Assembly (NCBI GenBank): GCA_018652265.1
Contig: JABICL010000034.1
Span: forward strand, 31,236-95,235
Reading direction: 5' to 3'
Origin: Candidatus Peribacteria bacterium
Lineage (GTDB): Bacteria > Patescibacteriota > Gracilibacteria > Peribacterales > Peribacteraceae
DNA: 64,000 bases
Made by a program: the position numbers and the translations under genes. The notes beneath the pieces were generated by a model, which saw nothing but the letters and a program-made list of their open reading frames with translations, was not told the DNA's origin and searched no databases. Shown here piece by piece: positions 20,729 through 30,608 of the stretch. Numbering within the stretch: the first letter of the stretch is position 1; the number at the start of each line of letters is the position of its first letter.

Positions 20729-23386
20729 CTAGCCTCCGTGACACTTCTTATATTTCTTCCCACTACCGCACGGACAAGGATCATTTCTTCCTACTTTGGT
20801 TTTAGGCATACCAGGTGGTAATCCCTGAGAAGAAGGCCTCTTTCCGTTTCGCATAGCAGAACCTGCACCGGTTTCGTAAAGTTCATTTTCTATATCATCT
20901 ATATTCGTTTCCAGATCTTTTTGCTCTTCTTTTACTCTTTCCATCATCGCTCGTGGAGCGAATTGTTTGAAGTCTATTTGTAGCAGTGTGTGAACTATAG
21001 ATGATTCGATAGATACAATTAGCTGCGCAAATAATCTAAATCCTTTGTCTTTATATTCGATCAAAGGATCTTTTTGTGCATAACCAGAGAAGGCGACTTG
21101 CTCTCTAAGGTGAGACATAGTGTCTATATGATTCATCCAGTGGGTATCTATAGATCTAAGCGTAACTACTCTTTCTGCCTGTTCTACAAGTTCACTGTCA
21201 TACTCTTTGCATTTTTTCTCGTATGCATCTTTTGTGGCTTCACACAGTGATGTTTTTAATTCTTCTGTTGTTTGAAAACCTTTTACGCTGAATTCTCCAA
21301 GTGAGTGATGTAGTGCTCCAAGTCTCTTACTTATATCTTCTATCTCCCATTTTTCTGGATCTTTATCGGAAGCATGAGCAACAACTATTGCTCCTATTTC
21401 TTTTTCTATATATTCAACTATTTCACTATGTAAACTTTCTTCATTACTTTCATCGCTTTCTTTATAGGAGCTACTCATCTTATTCATAAGATCCTGTCTC
21501 CTCTTGTACATAATCTTTCTATGCTTATTCATTACATCGTCGTACTGCACAACGTGTTTTCTTACATCGAAGTTTCTCCCCTCCACTTTCTTTTGAGCAT
21601 TTCCTATAGCTCTCGATACCATTGAATTTTCAAGTGGAACATCATCAGGAACATTCATTCTTTCCATCATTGATTTCAATCTATCTCCACCAAATAGTCT
21701 CATTAGATCGTCTTCCATAGATACAAAAAATTGGCTTTCTCCAGCGTCTCCTTGCCTTCCTGCTCTTCCGCGAAGCTGATTATCTATACGACGAGCTTCG
21801 TGCCTTTCTGTTCCAAGTATTACAAGTCCTCCTAGTTCCAATACCTCTTCTGCGAGCTTTATATCAGTTCCACGTCCTGCCATATTTGTGGCTATGGTTA
21901 CTGCGCCTTTTTGTCCTGCCTGAGACACTATTTCTGCTTCACGTTCGTGGTGTTTTGCGTTTAAAACCTCATGTGGAATATTTTCTGCAGCAAGCAAAGC
22001 TCCCAATGCTTCAGATTTTTCTATAGAAGTTGTTCCTGCAAGAACTGGCTGACCTTTTTCGTGTTTTTCTTTTATGATTTTTGCAGCAGCTTTAAATTTC
22101 GCCTCTACAGTTCGATAAATTGCATCAGATTTATCATCACGTATTGTTGGTTTATTTGTTGGAATTACATATGTTCGTGTTCCATATATCTGTTCAAATT
22201 CTTCTTCTTCTGTTTTAGCAGTTCCTGTCATTCCAGATAACTTTTCGTACATACGGAAATAGTTCTGGAAAGTTATAGTTGCCAGAGTTTTACTCTCCCT
22301 TTGTACTTCTACCCTCTCCTTTGCCTCTATGGCCTGATGTAAGCCATGTCCATATCTACGTCCTGGCATCAGGCGACCGGTAAATTCATCTACAATTATT
22401 ATTTCTTGCTCCCTTACTACATAGTCCACATCTGATTTATATATTGCATGTGCTCTGAGAGCTTGCTCTATATGATGCACCTCTTCGAATCCTTTCTCTG
22501 TATATATATTTTCTATTCCAAGTAGTTCTTCCATATGCCTTATCCCTTCCTCTGTAAGAACTGCGAGCCTTTGTTTTTCATCTATTGTGTAATCTTTATT
22601 TGGTTTTAAATTACTTACGAGTCCAGAATACAAATTGTATTTATCGGTACTTTCTTCTGCTGGCTGGCTAATAATTAGGGGAGTACGGGCTTCGTCTATA
22701 AGGATTGAATCTACTTCATCTACTATGCAGAAATTTAAGCCCCTTTGAACCTGTAGATCTACAGATGGTGCCATGTTGTCTCTGAGATAATCGAATCCAA
22801 ATTCATTGTTAGTTCCATATGTCACATCAGAGTTATATGCAGCACGACGTTCTTCTGCAGATTTTTCATGTACAACTACATCAGTTGTTAGGCCTAGCAT
22901 TTCATATAATGGCCTCATCCACTCTTCATCACGCTTTGCAAGATAATCGTTCACGGTGACCACGTGTACACCTTTGCCTGTAAGTGCATTTAGGTACACA
23001 GGCATGGTACAAACCAAGGTTTTACCTTCACCAGTCTTCATTTCAGCTATTGAGCCTTTGTGCAAAATAATTCCACCAAGAATTTGAACATCAAATGGAA
23101 CCATATTCCATATTACTTGGGATTTTCCAACTTGGATTTCTGTACCACATAAAAGCTGACAAGCCCTAATTACTACTGCAAAAGCTTCTGGCATTACGCT
23201 ATCTAGAGATTCTCCCTCCTTTATTCTTGTGCAGAATTCTTCTGTTTTCTTCTTTATATCTTCTTCGGAGAAGTTCTGAGCCTCTTCGAATCTATTTTTT
23301 ACTTTAGCAACCAAAGGCGTAAGCTTCTTCAATTCTTTCTGAGCCGGGTCACCAAGTAGGCGATTTAGAGCATCTACAAACGACAT
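20729..23386 (-). CDS. secA: Preprotein translocase subunit SecA
   Basis: EMKTGEGKT, DEVDSILIDEARTPLIIS, TNMAGRGTDI, GRNDPCPCGSGKKYKKCHG. Confidence 0.98.
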   Translation of the reverse strand: MSFVDALNRLLGDPAQKELKKLTPLVAKVKNRFEEAQNFSEEDIKKKTEEFCTRIKEGESLDSVMPEAFAVVIRACQLLCGTEIQVGKSQVIWNMVPFDVQILGGIILHKGSIAEMKTGEGKTLVCTMPVYLNALTGKGVHVVTVNDYLAKRDEEWMRPLYEMLGLTTDVVVHEKSAEERRAAYNSDVTYGTNNEFGFDYLRDNMAPSVDLQVQRGLNFCIVDEVDSILIDEARTPLIISQPAEESTDKYNLYSGLVSNLKPNKDYTIDEKQRLAVLTEEGIRHMEELLGIENIYTEKGFEEVHHIEQALRAHAIYKSDVDYVVREQEIIIVDEFTGRLMPGRRYGHGLHQAIEAKERVEVQRESKTLATITFQNYFRMYEKLSGMTGTAKTEEEEFEQIYGTRTYVIPTNKPTIRDDKSDAIYRTVEAKFKAAAKIIKEKHEKGQPVLAGTTSIEKSEALGALLAAENIPHEVLNAKHHEREAEIVSQAGQKGAVTIATNMAGRGTDIKLAEEVLELGGLVILGTERHEARRIDNQLRGRAGRQGDAGESQFFVSMEDDLMRLFGGDRLKSMMERMNVPDDVPLENSMVSRAIGNAQKKVEGRNFDVRKHVVQYDDVMNKHRKIMYKRRQDLMNKMSSSYKESDESNEESLHSEIVEYIEKEIGAIVVAHASDKDPEKWEIEDISKRLGALHHSLGEFSVKGFQTTEELKTSLCEATKDAYEKKCKEYDSELVEQAERVVTLRSIDTHWMNHIDTMSHLREQVAFSGYAQKDPLIEYKDKGFRLFAQLIVSIESSIVHTLLQIDFKQFAPRAMMERVKEEQKDLETNIDDIENELYETGAGSAMRNGKRPSSQGLPPGMPKTKVGRNDPCPCGSGKKYKKCHGG

Positions 23387-23446
23387 CTTTATAAGGATAG
23401 CATTTTATTTATGTTTACATTGTAAATTCCTGTTAGAATCATGCAT

Positions 23447-23986
23447 ATGCCTCTCTATACAAGATTGGGCGACAGTGGAGAAACCATGCTTTATGGAGGA
23501 GAGAAGATAAGTAAATCTGAACCAAGAATTCATGCTTATGGGACTTTAGATGAGCTGGATGCTTTGCTTGGAGTAATAGCTTCTGATAGCGAGTGCAAAG
23601 AGGACCTGAAAACTAGGGTGCAGAAATTGCAGAAGAAGTTATTTATTGCAAAGTCAGATTTTGCAACACCCATGTCTTTTGGAGGTGATTGCTTGAGAAT
23701 TTCTCAAGAAGATGTAGAAGAAATGGAAAAAGAGATAGATGAATTAGAATCTAATGTTCCAAAACTTACAAAGTTTATAATTCCAGGAGGATCAAAAGTT
23801 GCATCTTATCTTCATCAAGCTCGTACAGTTTGTAGAAGAGCAGAGAGATGGGCAGTTAAATTTTCCGAAGAGAGTGAGATAAATTATGCGGCACTTAGGT
23901 ACTTAAATCGTTTTGGAGATATGCTTTTTGCTCTTGGTAGAGCGGTAAACATGGAAGAAGGTGTGGAAGAAGTAGAAGCAGGGTAA
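23447..23986 (+). CDS. pduO: PduO-type ATP:cob(I)alamin adenosyltransferase
   Basis: LYTRLGDSGET, AYGTLDELD, FIIPGG, ARTVCRRAER, YLNR. Confidence 0.88.
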   Translation: MPLYTRLGDSGETMLYGGEKISKSEPRIHAYGTLDELDALLGVIASDSECKEDLKTRVQKLQKKLFIAKSDFATPMSFGGDCLRISQEDVEEMEKEIDELESNVPKLTKFIIPGGSKVASYLHQARTVCRRAERWAVKFSEESEINYAALRYLNRFGDMLFALGRAVNMEEGVEEVEAG

Positions 23987-23995
23987 GATACCGAT

Positions 23996-24229
23996 ATGAC
24001 AAAAAGAGAACTCACAGGCGATGAAGCTAGACAACTCATAGACGATATTTTATCTAGAACGAATGATCCTTTTATAATGCATTTAAGTTGGAAGCGATCT
24101 GGAGAGAAGGACAAGATAGAACAACACTTAAGTTTTCATGGAACTTGGAATTCACAGGAGATCCTTGCGACGGGGAAGGGGAGAAATCAGCAGATACAAG
24201 AGATTGTTATGCGGAGTTTGGGAAAATAG
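23996..24229 (+). CDS. Hypothetical protein
   Basis: 77-aa ORF 9 nt after pduO. Confidence 0.5.
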   Translation: MTKRELTGDEARQLIDDILSRTNDPFIMHLSWKRSGEKDKIEQHLSFHGTWNSQEILATGKGRNQQIQEIVMRSLGK

Positions 24230-24238
24230 TCGAAGCAT

Positions 24239-26212
24239 CTAAAGTTCCCTCTTAAGCATCTCCACCTCATCCCTCAAATCTGCAGCCTTTTCAAACTCAT
24301 AGTTTTCTGAGGCGATTTCCATCTGATTTTGAAGTTCTTTTATAAGCCTCTTCTTTTCATCTTTTGGAATCTTCTTGTTATCACGTTTTGGCTTTCTGAG
24401 TTCCAGCTTATTTTTCTCTTCTGCAATGTCATGAACTGCTTTTTCAATCGATTGAGGAGATATTCCATGATCTTCATTAAATTTATGTTGAATAGATCTT
24501 CTTCTTTCAGTTTCTTCCATTGCTGCTTTCATAGCTTTTGTAATTTTGTCTGCATACAAAACTACATGCCCGCGAACATTTCTAGCACATCTTCCTATTG
24601 TCTGTACAAGCGCATCGCGAGATCTCAAGAATCCTTCTTTGTCTGCGCCAAGTATCGCAATAAAACTTACCTCTGGCAGATCCAATCCTTCTCGAAGTAG
24701 ATTTACTCCTACTATTATATCTATTTCTCCAATTCTTAATTCTCTTATGGTTTCTACCCTGTCCAATGTTTTAATATCTGAATGCAGATATTTAACTTTA
24801 TAATCTTTATCGAGTAAGTACTGAGAAATTTCTTCTGCACTTTTTTTGGTAAGTGTAGTTACAAGTATTCTTTCTTCTCTATCTATAGTTTGATCTATTT
24901 CCGAGACAATATTATCTATTTGTCCTTTCGATGGATGAATGGTTACTACTGGATCTAGTAATCCAGTGGGACGTATAACTTGTTCTACAATTCTATCTTT
25001 TTTGGTGTTCTTATATTCATATTTGCCAGGAGTGGCTGATATATAGACTGCTTGTCCTATTTTGTTTTCGAATTCTTCAAATCTAAGGGGTCTATTGTCT
25101 TTGCTAGAAGGAAGTCTAAATCCATATTCTATAAGAGTATTTTTCCTACTTAAGTTTCCTTCATACATACCTCCCACTTGAGGAATTGTCATATGAGATT
25201 CATCTACCAATAATAGAAAATCATCAGGGAAATAATCCAGAAGAGTTTCTGGTGGAGATCCAGGTTTTTTCTCTCCTAGATATCTCGCATAGTTTTCTAT
25301 GCCTGTGCAGTATCCAGTTTCAAGTAACATTTCCAGATCATATTCAGTCCTCTGTCTTAATCTTTCTGCTTTTGCGATATCTCCTCTTTCTATAAGTTCT
25401 TTTTCTCTTTCATTTAAGTCTTTTTTTATAGATCCAGCTGCTTTTTCTATTTTCTCCTTTGTAGTTACTGTGTGAGTGGCAGGGAAAATAGTTGCCTCAC
25501 TCATCTCGCACAGTACTTCGCCAGTAAAACTATCTACCTCTGATATAGATTCAATTTCATCAAAGGCCATTTCTATCCTTATTACAGTGTCTCCACTAGG
25601 AGGAAATATTTCTACCGTATCTCCTAGAACATGCACCATGCCCTGCTTAAATTCCACACCTGATCTTTTGTATTGTATGTCTGTAAGCTCTCTTAAAAAT
25701 GTATCACGTACTTTTTGCTCACCTTGTTTTATAGTTATTGCCATTCCCTCGTAATCCGTAACACTACCAAGTCCATATATACAAGATACTGATGCAACTA
25801 TAATCACATCTCTCCTAGAGAGAAGATTATGTGTAGCTGCGTGTCTATATTTTGCAATTTCATCATTGATAGATGCATCTTTTTCTATATACGTATCTGT
25901 AGATGGCATATATGCCTCTGGCTGATAATAATCGTAATAAGAAACAAAATAAGAAATTGCATTCTCTGGAAAAAAAGATTGAAATTCAGAACATAATTGA
26001 GCCGCTAAAGTTTTATTATGAGCCATTACCAATGTTGGCCTTTGCTGCTGCTCAATTATATTTGCCATTGTGAAAGTTTTACCTGTTCCTGTAGCTCCCA
26101 AAAGAGTTTGATGTCTTTCGCCGGATTTTAATCCTGCAGAGAGTTTTTTGATTGCCTCTGGCTGATCACCTTTTGGATCGAATTTGGATACGAGTTTAAA
26201 TTGGTTAGACAT
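24239..26212 (-). CDS. uvrB: Excinuclease ABC subunit B
   Basis: GATGTGKT, HNKTLAAQL, YYDYYQPEAY, DESH, C-terminal UVR domain. Confidence 0.98.
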   Translation of the reverse strand: MSNQFKLVSKFDPKGDQPEAIKKLSAGLKSGERHQTLLGATGTGKTFTMANIIEQQQRPTLVMAHNKTLAAQLCSEFQSFFPENAISYFVSYYDYYQPEAYMPSTDTYIEKDASINDEIAKYRHAATHNLLSRRDVIIVASVSCIYGLGSVTDYEGMAITIKQGEQKVRDTFLRELTDIQYKRSGVEFKQGMVHVLGDTVEIFPPSGDTVIRIEMAFDEIESISEVDSFTGEVLCEMSEATIFPATHTVTTKEKIEKAAGSIKKDLNEREKELIERGDIAKAERLRQRTEYDLEMLLETGYCTGIENYARYLGEKKPGSPPETLLDYFPDDFLLLVDESHMTIPQVGGMYEGNLSRKNTLIEYGFRLPSSKDNRPLRFEEFENKIGQAVYISATPGKYEYKNTKKDRIVEQVIRPTGLLDPVVTIHPSKGQIDNIVSEIDQTIDREERILVTTLTKKSAEEISQYLLDKDYKVKYLHSDIKTLDRVETIRELRIGEIDIIVGVNLLREGLDLPEVSFIAILGADKEGFLRSRDALVQTIGRCARNVRGHVVLYADKITKAMKAAMEETERRRSIQHKFNEDHGISPQSIEKAVHDIAEEKNKLELRKPKRDNKKIPKDEKKRLIKELQNQMEIASENYEFEKAADLRDEVEMLKREL

Positions 26213-26255
26213 GAAGAGGAATTGTATGTGTAAATTAAAACACAGGAAAGAAAAA

Positions 26256-26400
26256 TAAGTACTTTAGGTACTTTATGTACATTAGGTAATTTAGGTACAT
26301 ATTTAATACGAGAAATTAAATCCTACCTAAGATACCTAAGATACCTAAGATACCTAAGATACCTAAGATACCTAAGATACCTAAGATACCTAAGATACCT
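26256..26400. repeat. Inverted nonamer-arm cassette with perfect (TACCTAAGA)x8 array
   Basis: Five degenerate TAGGTACTT units, palindromic core ATTTAAT-N7-ATTAAAT, then 8 perfect TACCTAAGA units. Confidence 0.9.
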
Positions 26401-26415
26401 TATACTACCCCTCGT

Positions 26416-29301
26416 ATGATTAAAAAAATTCAAAACTATCTGTCACATGTATTTTTTCTGGCTCTGGTCGTATGGGGCATTTATGCAACGTTAGTGTTTT
26501 TGGGTATAGATGCACACATAGTTGTCCTTCTAGAAGATGAAGCATGGAAATCTATAGCTAAGGATATTCCACAAAAACAGGGGGAATTTCCTCCGGCTGC
26601 GTTTTTGAGAGGGTTAAATGCTCTAGTGCCTATGGTTCAGCATTTTATATCTAGAGCTAGACCATTTCTTGCTTACGGAGTGGTTAGTGCTTTAATTTAT
26701 TTGTTATATGTGTGTTATACAGTTCTTGTAAAGGGAAGGCTTTTTATAGATAAAAAGGTAAATGCTCTACATTTAATTATTTTATTCTTTGGAAGTACAT
26801 GGCTTGTATTTACTACTCTTTTTTATGTTGATGTTCCAAATTTACTTCCCAGTCTTATACTTGAGCCTTCAAGAGAGTCTTTAAATGATTCAGTTTCCGA
26901 AGAGGCATTTGTTGTATTAAAAGAAAATTTCAAGAGATTGGAAGAGTCTGGATGTATTATTCAAGATAAAGAGGGCAGAAAAACTGGAGCTGGAGCAAAT
27001 GCATACTGGTATCAGGGCATTTGTGTTCAGAAAGCATTCTTTACCAGAGTTATGTCTCAGGCTTTTATGCTTATGTTTTTGATATTGAATTTCCTTGTTA
27101 TAGGTAAATTCTTGCTTAAGCTTTTTAAGTTCAAGACATCAAAATTATTAGAATTTGCTATGAGTTTAGGTTTGGGTGCAGCAGGAGTTACTATGATAAT
27201 TTGGATATTGGCACTTATTAAGATTTTAAATTCTGCTACTGCATGGGTAGTTCTTATTGCTATTCCAATAATTGGATATCCGTATGTTTCTTATTGGATA
27301 AAATCAATTTTGCATTCCAACTGGAAATACAAAACATCATTCTTATCTGCAAAAAATATTATTATCTGGCTTCTTATTACATATCTAGCATTTAACTTCT
27401 TAACAGTTGTAAGGCCATTTCCTATTGGATGGGATGATCTTGGTAGATATATAAATGGGCCAAGACAAGTAAGTGTATTTGGCCATATTATTCCTGGAAT
27501 GCTTGCTGCACAGTGGGAATATCTAACGTCTTTGGGGTTTGTATTGTTTGGTTATTATTCAGCTTTTGGGGCAACACTTGCTCAGCAAATTAATTGGATG
27601 GCAGGACTTTTTGCAACATTTGCTGTGTTTATTTGTGCAAGAAGTGTTTTGGGTGATGGCAAAGGAATATTTGCTGCCCTCTTCTATTACACATTACCAA
27701 TGGCTGGTCATTTCTCGTTTGCAGATATGAAAACTGAGAATGCACTACTCTTTTATGGGGCGCTTGGTATTACCGCAGTTGTTATTTGGATAAAAAATAG
27801 AGAAAAAGAAGAGCAAGATGGAAATGGAATGAAGTGGTTGTTTGTTGCGGGAATTTTATTTGCTGCAGGAGTTGCTACCAAGCCTACGATTGTTCTTATG
27901 TTTCTTATGGCAGGAACCATGATTACATTCGATGTATTGGGAGTTTCTAGTGGTATAGGATCAATATTTCTTGGCACTCTTATACTTACAAAATCTAGGG
28001 CAATCAGCTTATCCAAGATAGCGGAAAAATTGGGGATACTAGACGTTTCATTGTTTAGTACTTTTGTGACTATCTCTCTCCTTGTGATTGGTGTTGCACT
28101 ATTTGTAATGCCACTTGTTTATTCAAGGAAAAAATCAAATACAAAAGCAAAACTTGCGGAACACAAGTTCTATTGGAAGAGCGTTATGGTTATTGTAGTT
28201 GGTTTTATGATTTTCTCGGGGCCATGGATGGTTAGAAATATGGGGGCTAATAAAATGATAAATGTGTCTGCATTACTTGGTGCGCCAAATACGATTACTC
28301 CTATGATTGTATATAGCGAAGAAATGCTTCCTGATAATGCTCCTGAAGGATCGAGATTTTTGCCTCCTGAATTGGCAGTAGATCCTGATCATGAAAGATG
28401 TATAGGTACTTCTGAGCAAGAAGAGTTAGATAGATATTGGGGATATGGTGCTGGATTTAGTCATTTCCTTAAATTGCCATGGAGAGTGATTATGAATGTA
28501 GATTCTCAGGGGTACTACCTCACAACTTCTCCATTATTACTTCTTGTTCCATTATTACTTCTGGCGCCAATCTTTTGGAGGAAGAGAATTCTTAGATTGA
28601 TATTCTGGGGGACACTTGCATATGTTTTCCAATGGATTCTCGCAGCCAGTGGTATCCCTTGGTATGGAATAGGAATGTTCCTTGGCCTTGCCATATGTGT
28701 TGAAGCTGTTTTATTTGGTTCAAAAGATAAGGCTTCCAGGATAGTAGGAGGGACTTTGTGTGTTGTTGCAATACTTATGGTCCTATCTCTTAGGCTTTGG
28801 CAATTTTCCATGCAAATGAATTTGCATGAGTATTCATGGGGAAAAGCTTCCTTTGAAGTGCTTAGAGAGATGACTATTCCTGATTACGATAATATTACAG
28901 AAAATGTTGTTGAGCTTTCCAAGAATAAGGAAACACCTTATCTATATAGGATGGGAACTTTTATAAGTTATTTCATTCCACGCAATAGGGAAATTATTAC
29001 GCTAAATGATAATCAGCTTGTCTTTTTTAATTGTATAAACCAAGAGGGAGATCATCTTCTTACTTTAAAGAGACTTAAGGCATTAGGATTTCATAGTATA
29101 GTTTTTGATACGAATACTGCGACCATAGAAAAAGATCAAAACGGAACTCTTCATCAGAAGGTAAATAATTTTATGGATTTTGCAAATGATGAAAGTACGG
29201 GAATTATATCTGTGGTGAATAATCCAGGAGGGGGGATTGCTTATATGATACTTCCGGAGAGCGTTGAGATTGATGAGGATGCTGTAGATGTAGAGGAGTG
29301 A
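26416..29301 (+). CDS. Large polytopic membrane protein, GT-C/PMT-like glycosyltransferase
   Basis: Many TM helices; PIGWDDLGRY acidic loop and KTE...K motifs resembling ArnT/PMT_2. Confidence 0.6.
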   Translation: MIKKIQNYLSHVFFLALVVWGIYATLVFLGIDAHIVVLLEDEAWKSIAKDIPQKQGEFPPAAFLRGLNALVPMVQHFISRARPFLAYGVVSALIYLLYVCYTVLVKGRLFIDKKVNALHLIILFFGSTWLVFTTLFYVDVPNLLPSLILEPSRESLNDSVSEEAFVVLKENFKRLEESGCIIQDKEGRKTGAGANAYWYQGICVQKAFFTRVMSQAFMLMFLILNFLVIGKFLLKLFKFKTSKLLEFAMSLGLGAAGVTMIIWILALIKILNSATAWVVLIAIPIIGYPYVSYWIKSILHSNWKYKTSFLSAKNIIIWLLITYLAFNFLTVVRPFPIGWDDLGRYINGPRQVSVFGHIIPGMLAAQWEYLTSLGFVLFGYYSAFGATLAQQINWMAGLFATFAVFICARSVLGDGKGIFAALFYYTLPMAGHFSFADMKTENALLFYGALGITAVVIWIKNREKEEQDGNGMKWLFVAGILFAAGVATKPTIVLMFLMAGTMITFDVLGVSSGIGSIFLGTLILTKSRAISLSKIAEKLGILDVSLFSTFVTISLLVIGVALFVMPLVYSRKKSNTKAKLAEHKFYWKSVMVIVVGFMIFSGPWMVRNMGANKMINVSALLGAPNTITPMIVYSEEMLPDNAPEGSRFLPPELAVDPDHERCIGTSEQEELDRYWGYGAGFSHFLKLPWRVIMNVDSQGYYLTTSPLLLLVPLLLLAPIFWRKRILRLIFWGTLAYVFQWILAASGIPWYGIGMFLGLAICVEAVLFGSKDKASRIVGGTLCVVAILMVLSLRLWQFSMQMNLHEYSWGKASFEVLREMTIPDYDNITENVVELSKNKETPYLYRMGTFISYFIPRNREIITLNDNQLVFFNCINQEGDHLLTLKRLKALGFHSIVFDTNTATIEKDQNGTLHQKVNNFMDFANDESTGIISVVNNPGGGIAYMILPESVEIDEDAVDVEE

Positions 29302-29390
29302 TTAGTAGGTAGTGGGTAGTGATTAGTAGCAAAACAATATGTGGTACGTTGTGCAGCGTGCTAGCCACTAACTACTAACCACTAACCACT
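29297..29390 (+). repeat. Inverted heptamer-arm cassette (AGTGRKT / CACTRAC type)
   Basis: agtgatt agtaggt agtgggt agtgatt agtagca + core + ctagcca ctaacta ctaacca ctaacca. Confidence 0.8.
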
Positions 29391-29466
29391 TGTTCGTTCT
29401 TAAAATTCTTCAAAATATACAATTTATTCCATACATATCACCAATAATAGTTCTATACTTTATACT

Positions 29467-30135
29467 GTGAAGACCGTAGCAATAATTCCGGCTTTCAATG
29501 AAGTAACGCAGATATCTGATGTTATAAATGGAATGAAAAAGCATGTGGATTCTGTAATAGTTATAGATGATGGTTCCACAGATGGTACAGGTAATATTTC
29601 TAGAGATTGTGGAGCAATAGTAGTGACTCACAGAATGACTCGAGGTGCAGGAGCCGCAACTATGACTGGAATTATTGTAGCAAGGCTAATGCATGCACAG
29701 GCTGCTATAACAATAGATGCAGATGGTCAGCATGATCCGAATGATTCTCCAAAATTGTTGGCCCCTATTCTAAGTGAAGATGCAGACATAGTTATAGGCA
29801 CAAGATTTAAAGGAAGAAACAATGTCCCGTTTTTGCCAAAGCTATTTAATAAAATTGGAAACATACTTACTTTTATGACTACTGGTAAATATGTCTCAGA
29901 TAGCCAGTCGGGATTCAAAGCCTTTGGACCGGTTTCTTTATATACGATTCATTTGCATATGGATGGGTTTGAATTCTGCACAGAAATTGTAAGAGAAATT
30001 GCACAATATGGATGGAAGGCAAAAGAGGTTCCTGTAGGAGTTACATACTCTGAATACACTAGAGCAAAAGGTCAGTCTTTTTCCCGTGGAGTGATTACAG
30101 CATGTAAGATATTACTTAGATTCTTCCTCAGATAA
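29467..30135 (+). CDS. GT2, polyprenol-phosphate sugar synthase-like
   Basis: IPAFNE, DDGSTD, DADGQH, DSQSGFK. Confidence 0.88.
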   Translation: MKTVAIIPAFNEVTQISDVINGMKKHVDSVIVIDDGSTDGTGNISRDCGAIVVTHRMTRGAGAATMTGIIVARLMHAQAAITIDADGQHDPNDSPKLLAPILSEDADIVIGTRFKGRNNVPFLPKLFNKIGNILTFMTTGKYVSDSQSGFKAFGPVSLYTIHLHMDGFEFCTEIVREIAQYGWKAKEVPVGVTYSEYTRAKGQSFSRGVITACKILLRFFLR

Positions 30136-30137
30136 TT

Positions 30138-30515
30138 ATGGATTTTCAAATAACCCCATACATCGTAGTAGTGCCGCTCATAGCCTTTTTCTTTATAGTT
30201 TATGCATGGAACCACGTTATGCGTGGGACCAAGACTATATGGGAAGCAATACTTTGGTCGTTTTTCTGGGGGTGCATCGCAACTATAGTTCTTTTCCCAG
30301 AATGGATAGGCTTTCTAACATCATGGACTGGGATAAAAGATCAAGAGAATGCAATATTTGCTATAGCAATTGGAATAATCCTTTTTATCGTTTTCCAAAT
30401 AATTATAAGAATGGAAAATATGCAGAAGCAAATTACAGATTTGGTGAGGCATGATGCTATTGAGGATTCGGGACTAACAGAGTCAGATGCTGTAACAAAT
30501 AGCACAAACAAGTGA
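30138..30515 (+). CDS. DUF2304-like small membrane protein
   Basis: Three TM helices plus C-terminal QITDLVRHDAI; usual partner of DPM-like GT2. Confidence 0.7.
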   Translation: MDFQITPYIVVVPLIAFFFIVYAWNHVMRGTKTIWEAILWSFFWGCIATIVLFPEWIGFLTSWTGIKDQENAIFAIAIGIILFIVFQIIIRMENMQKQITDLVRHDAIEDSGLTESDAVTNSTNK

Positions 30516-30603
30516 GTAGTGAGTAGTGGGTAGTGATTAGTAGCAAAGCAATAGGTACGCGATATGTAACCCACTGACCACTGACCACTAACCACTAACC
30601 ACT
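30511..30603 (+). repeat. Inverted heptamer-arm cassette (second copy)
   Basis: agtgagt agtgagt agtgggt agtgatt agtagca + core + cactgac cactgac cactaac cactaac. Confidence 0.8.
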
Positions 30604-30608
30604 CGTAC

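Noticed and set aside
26324-26400. Possible CRISPR array
   Set aside because: Contiguous 9-bp tandem units with no spacers and no cas genes.
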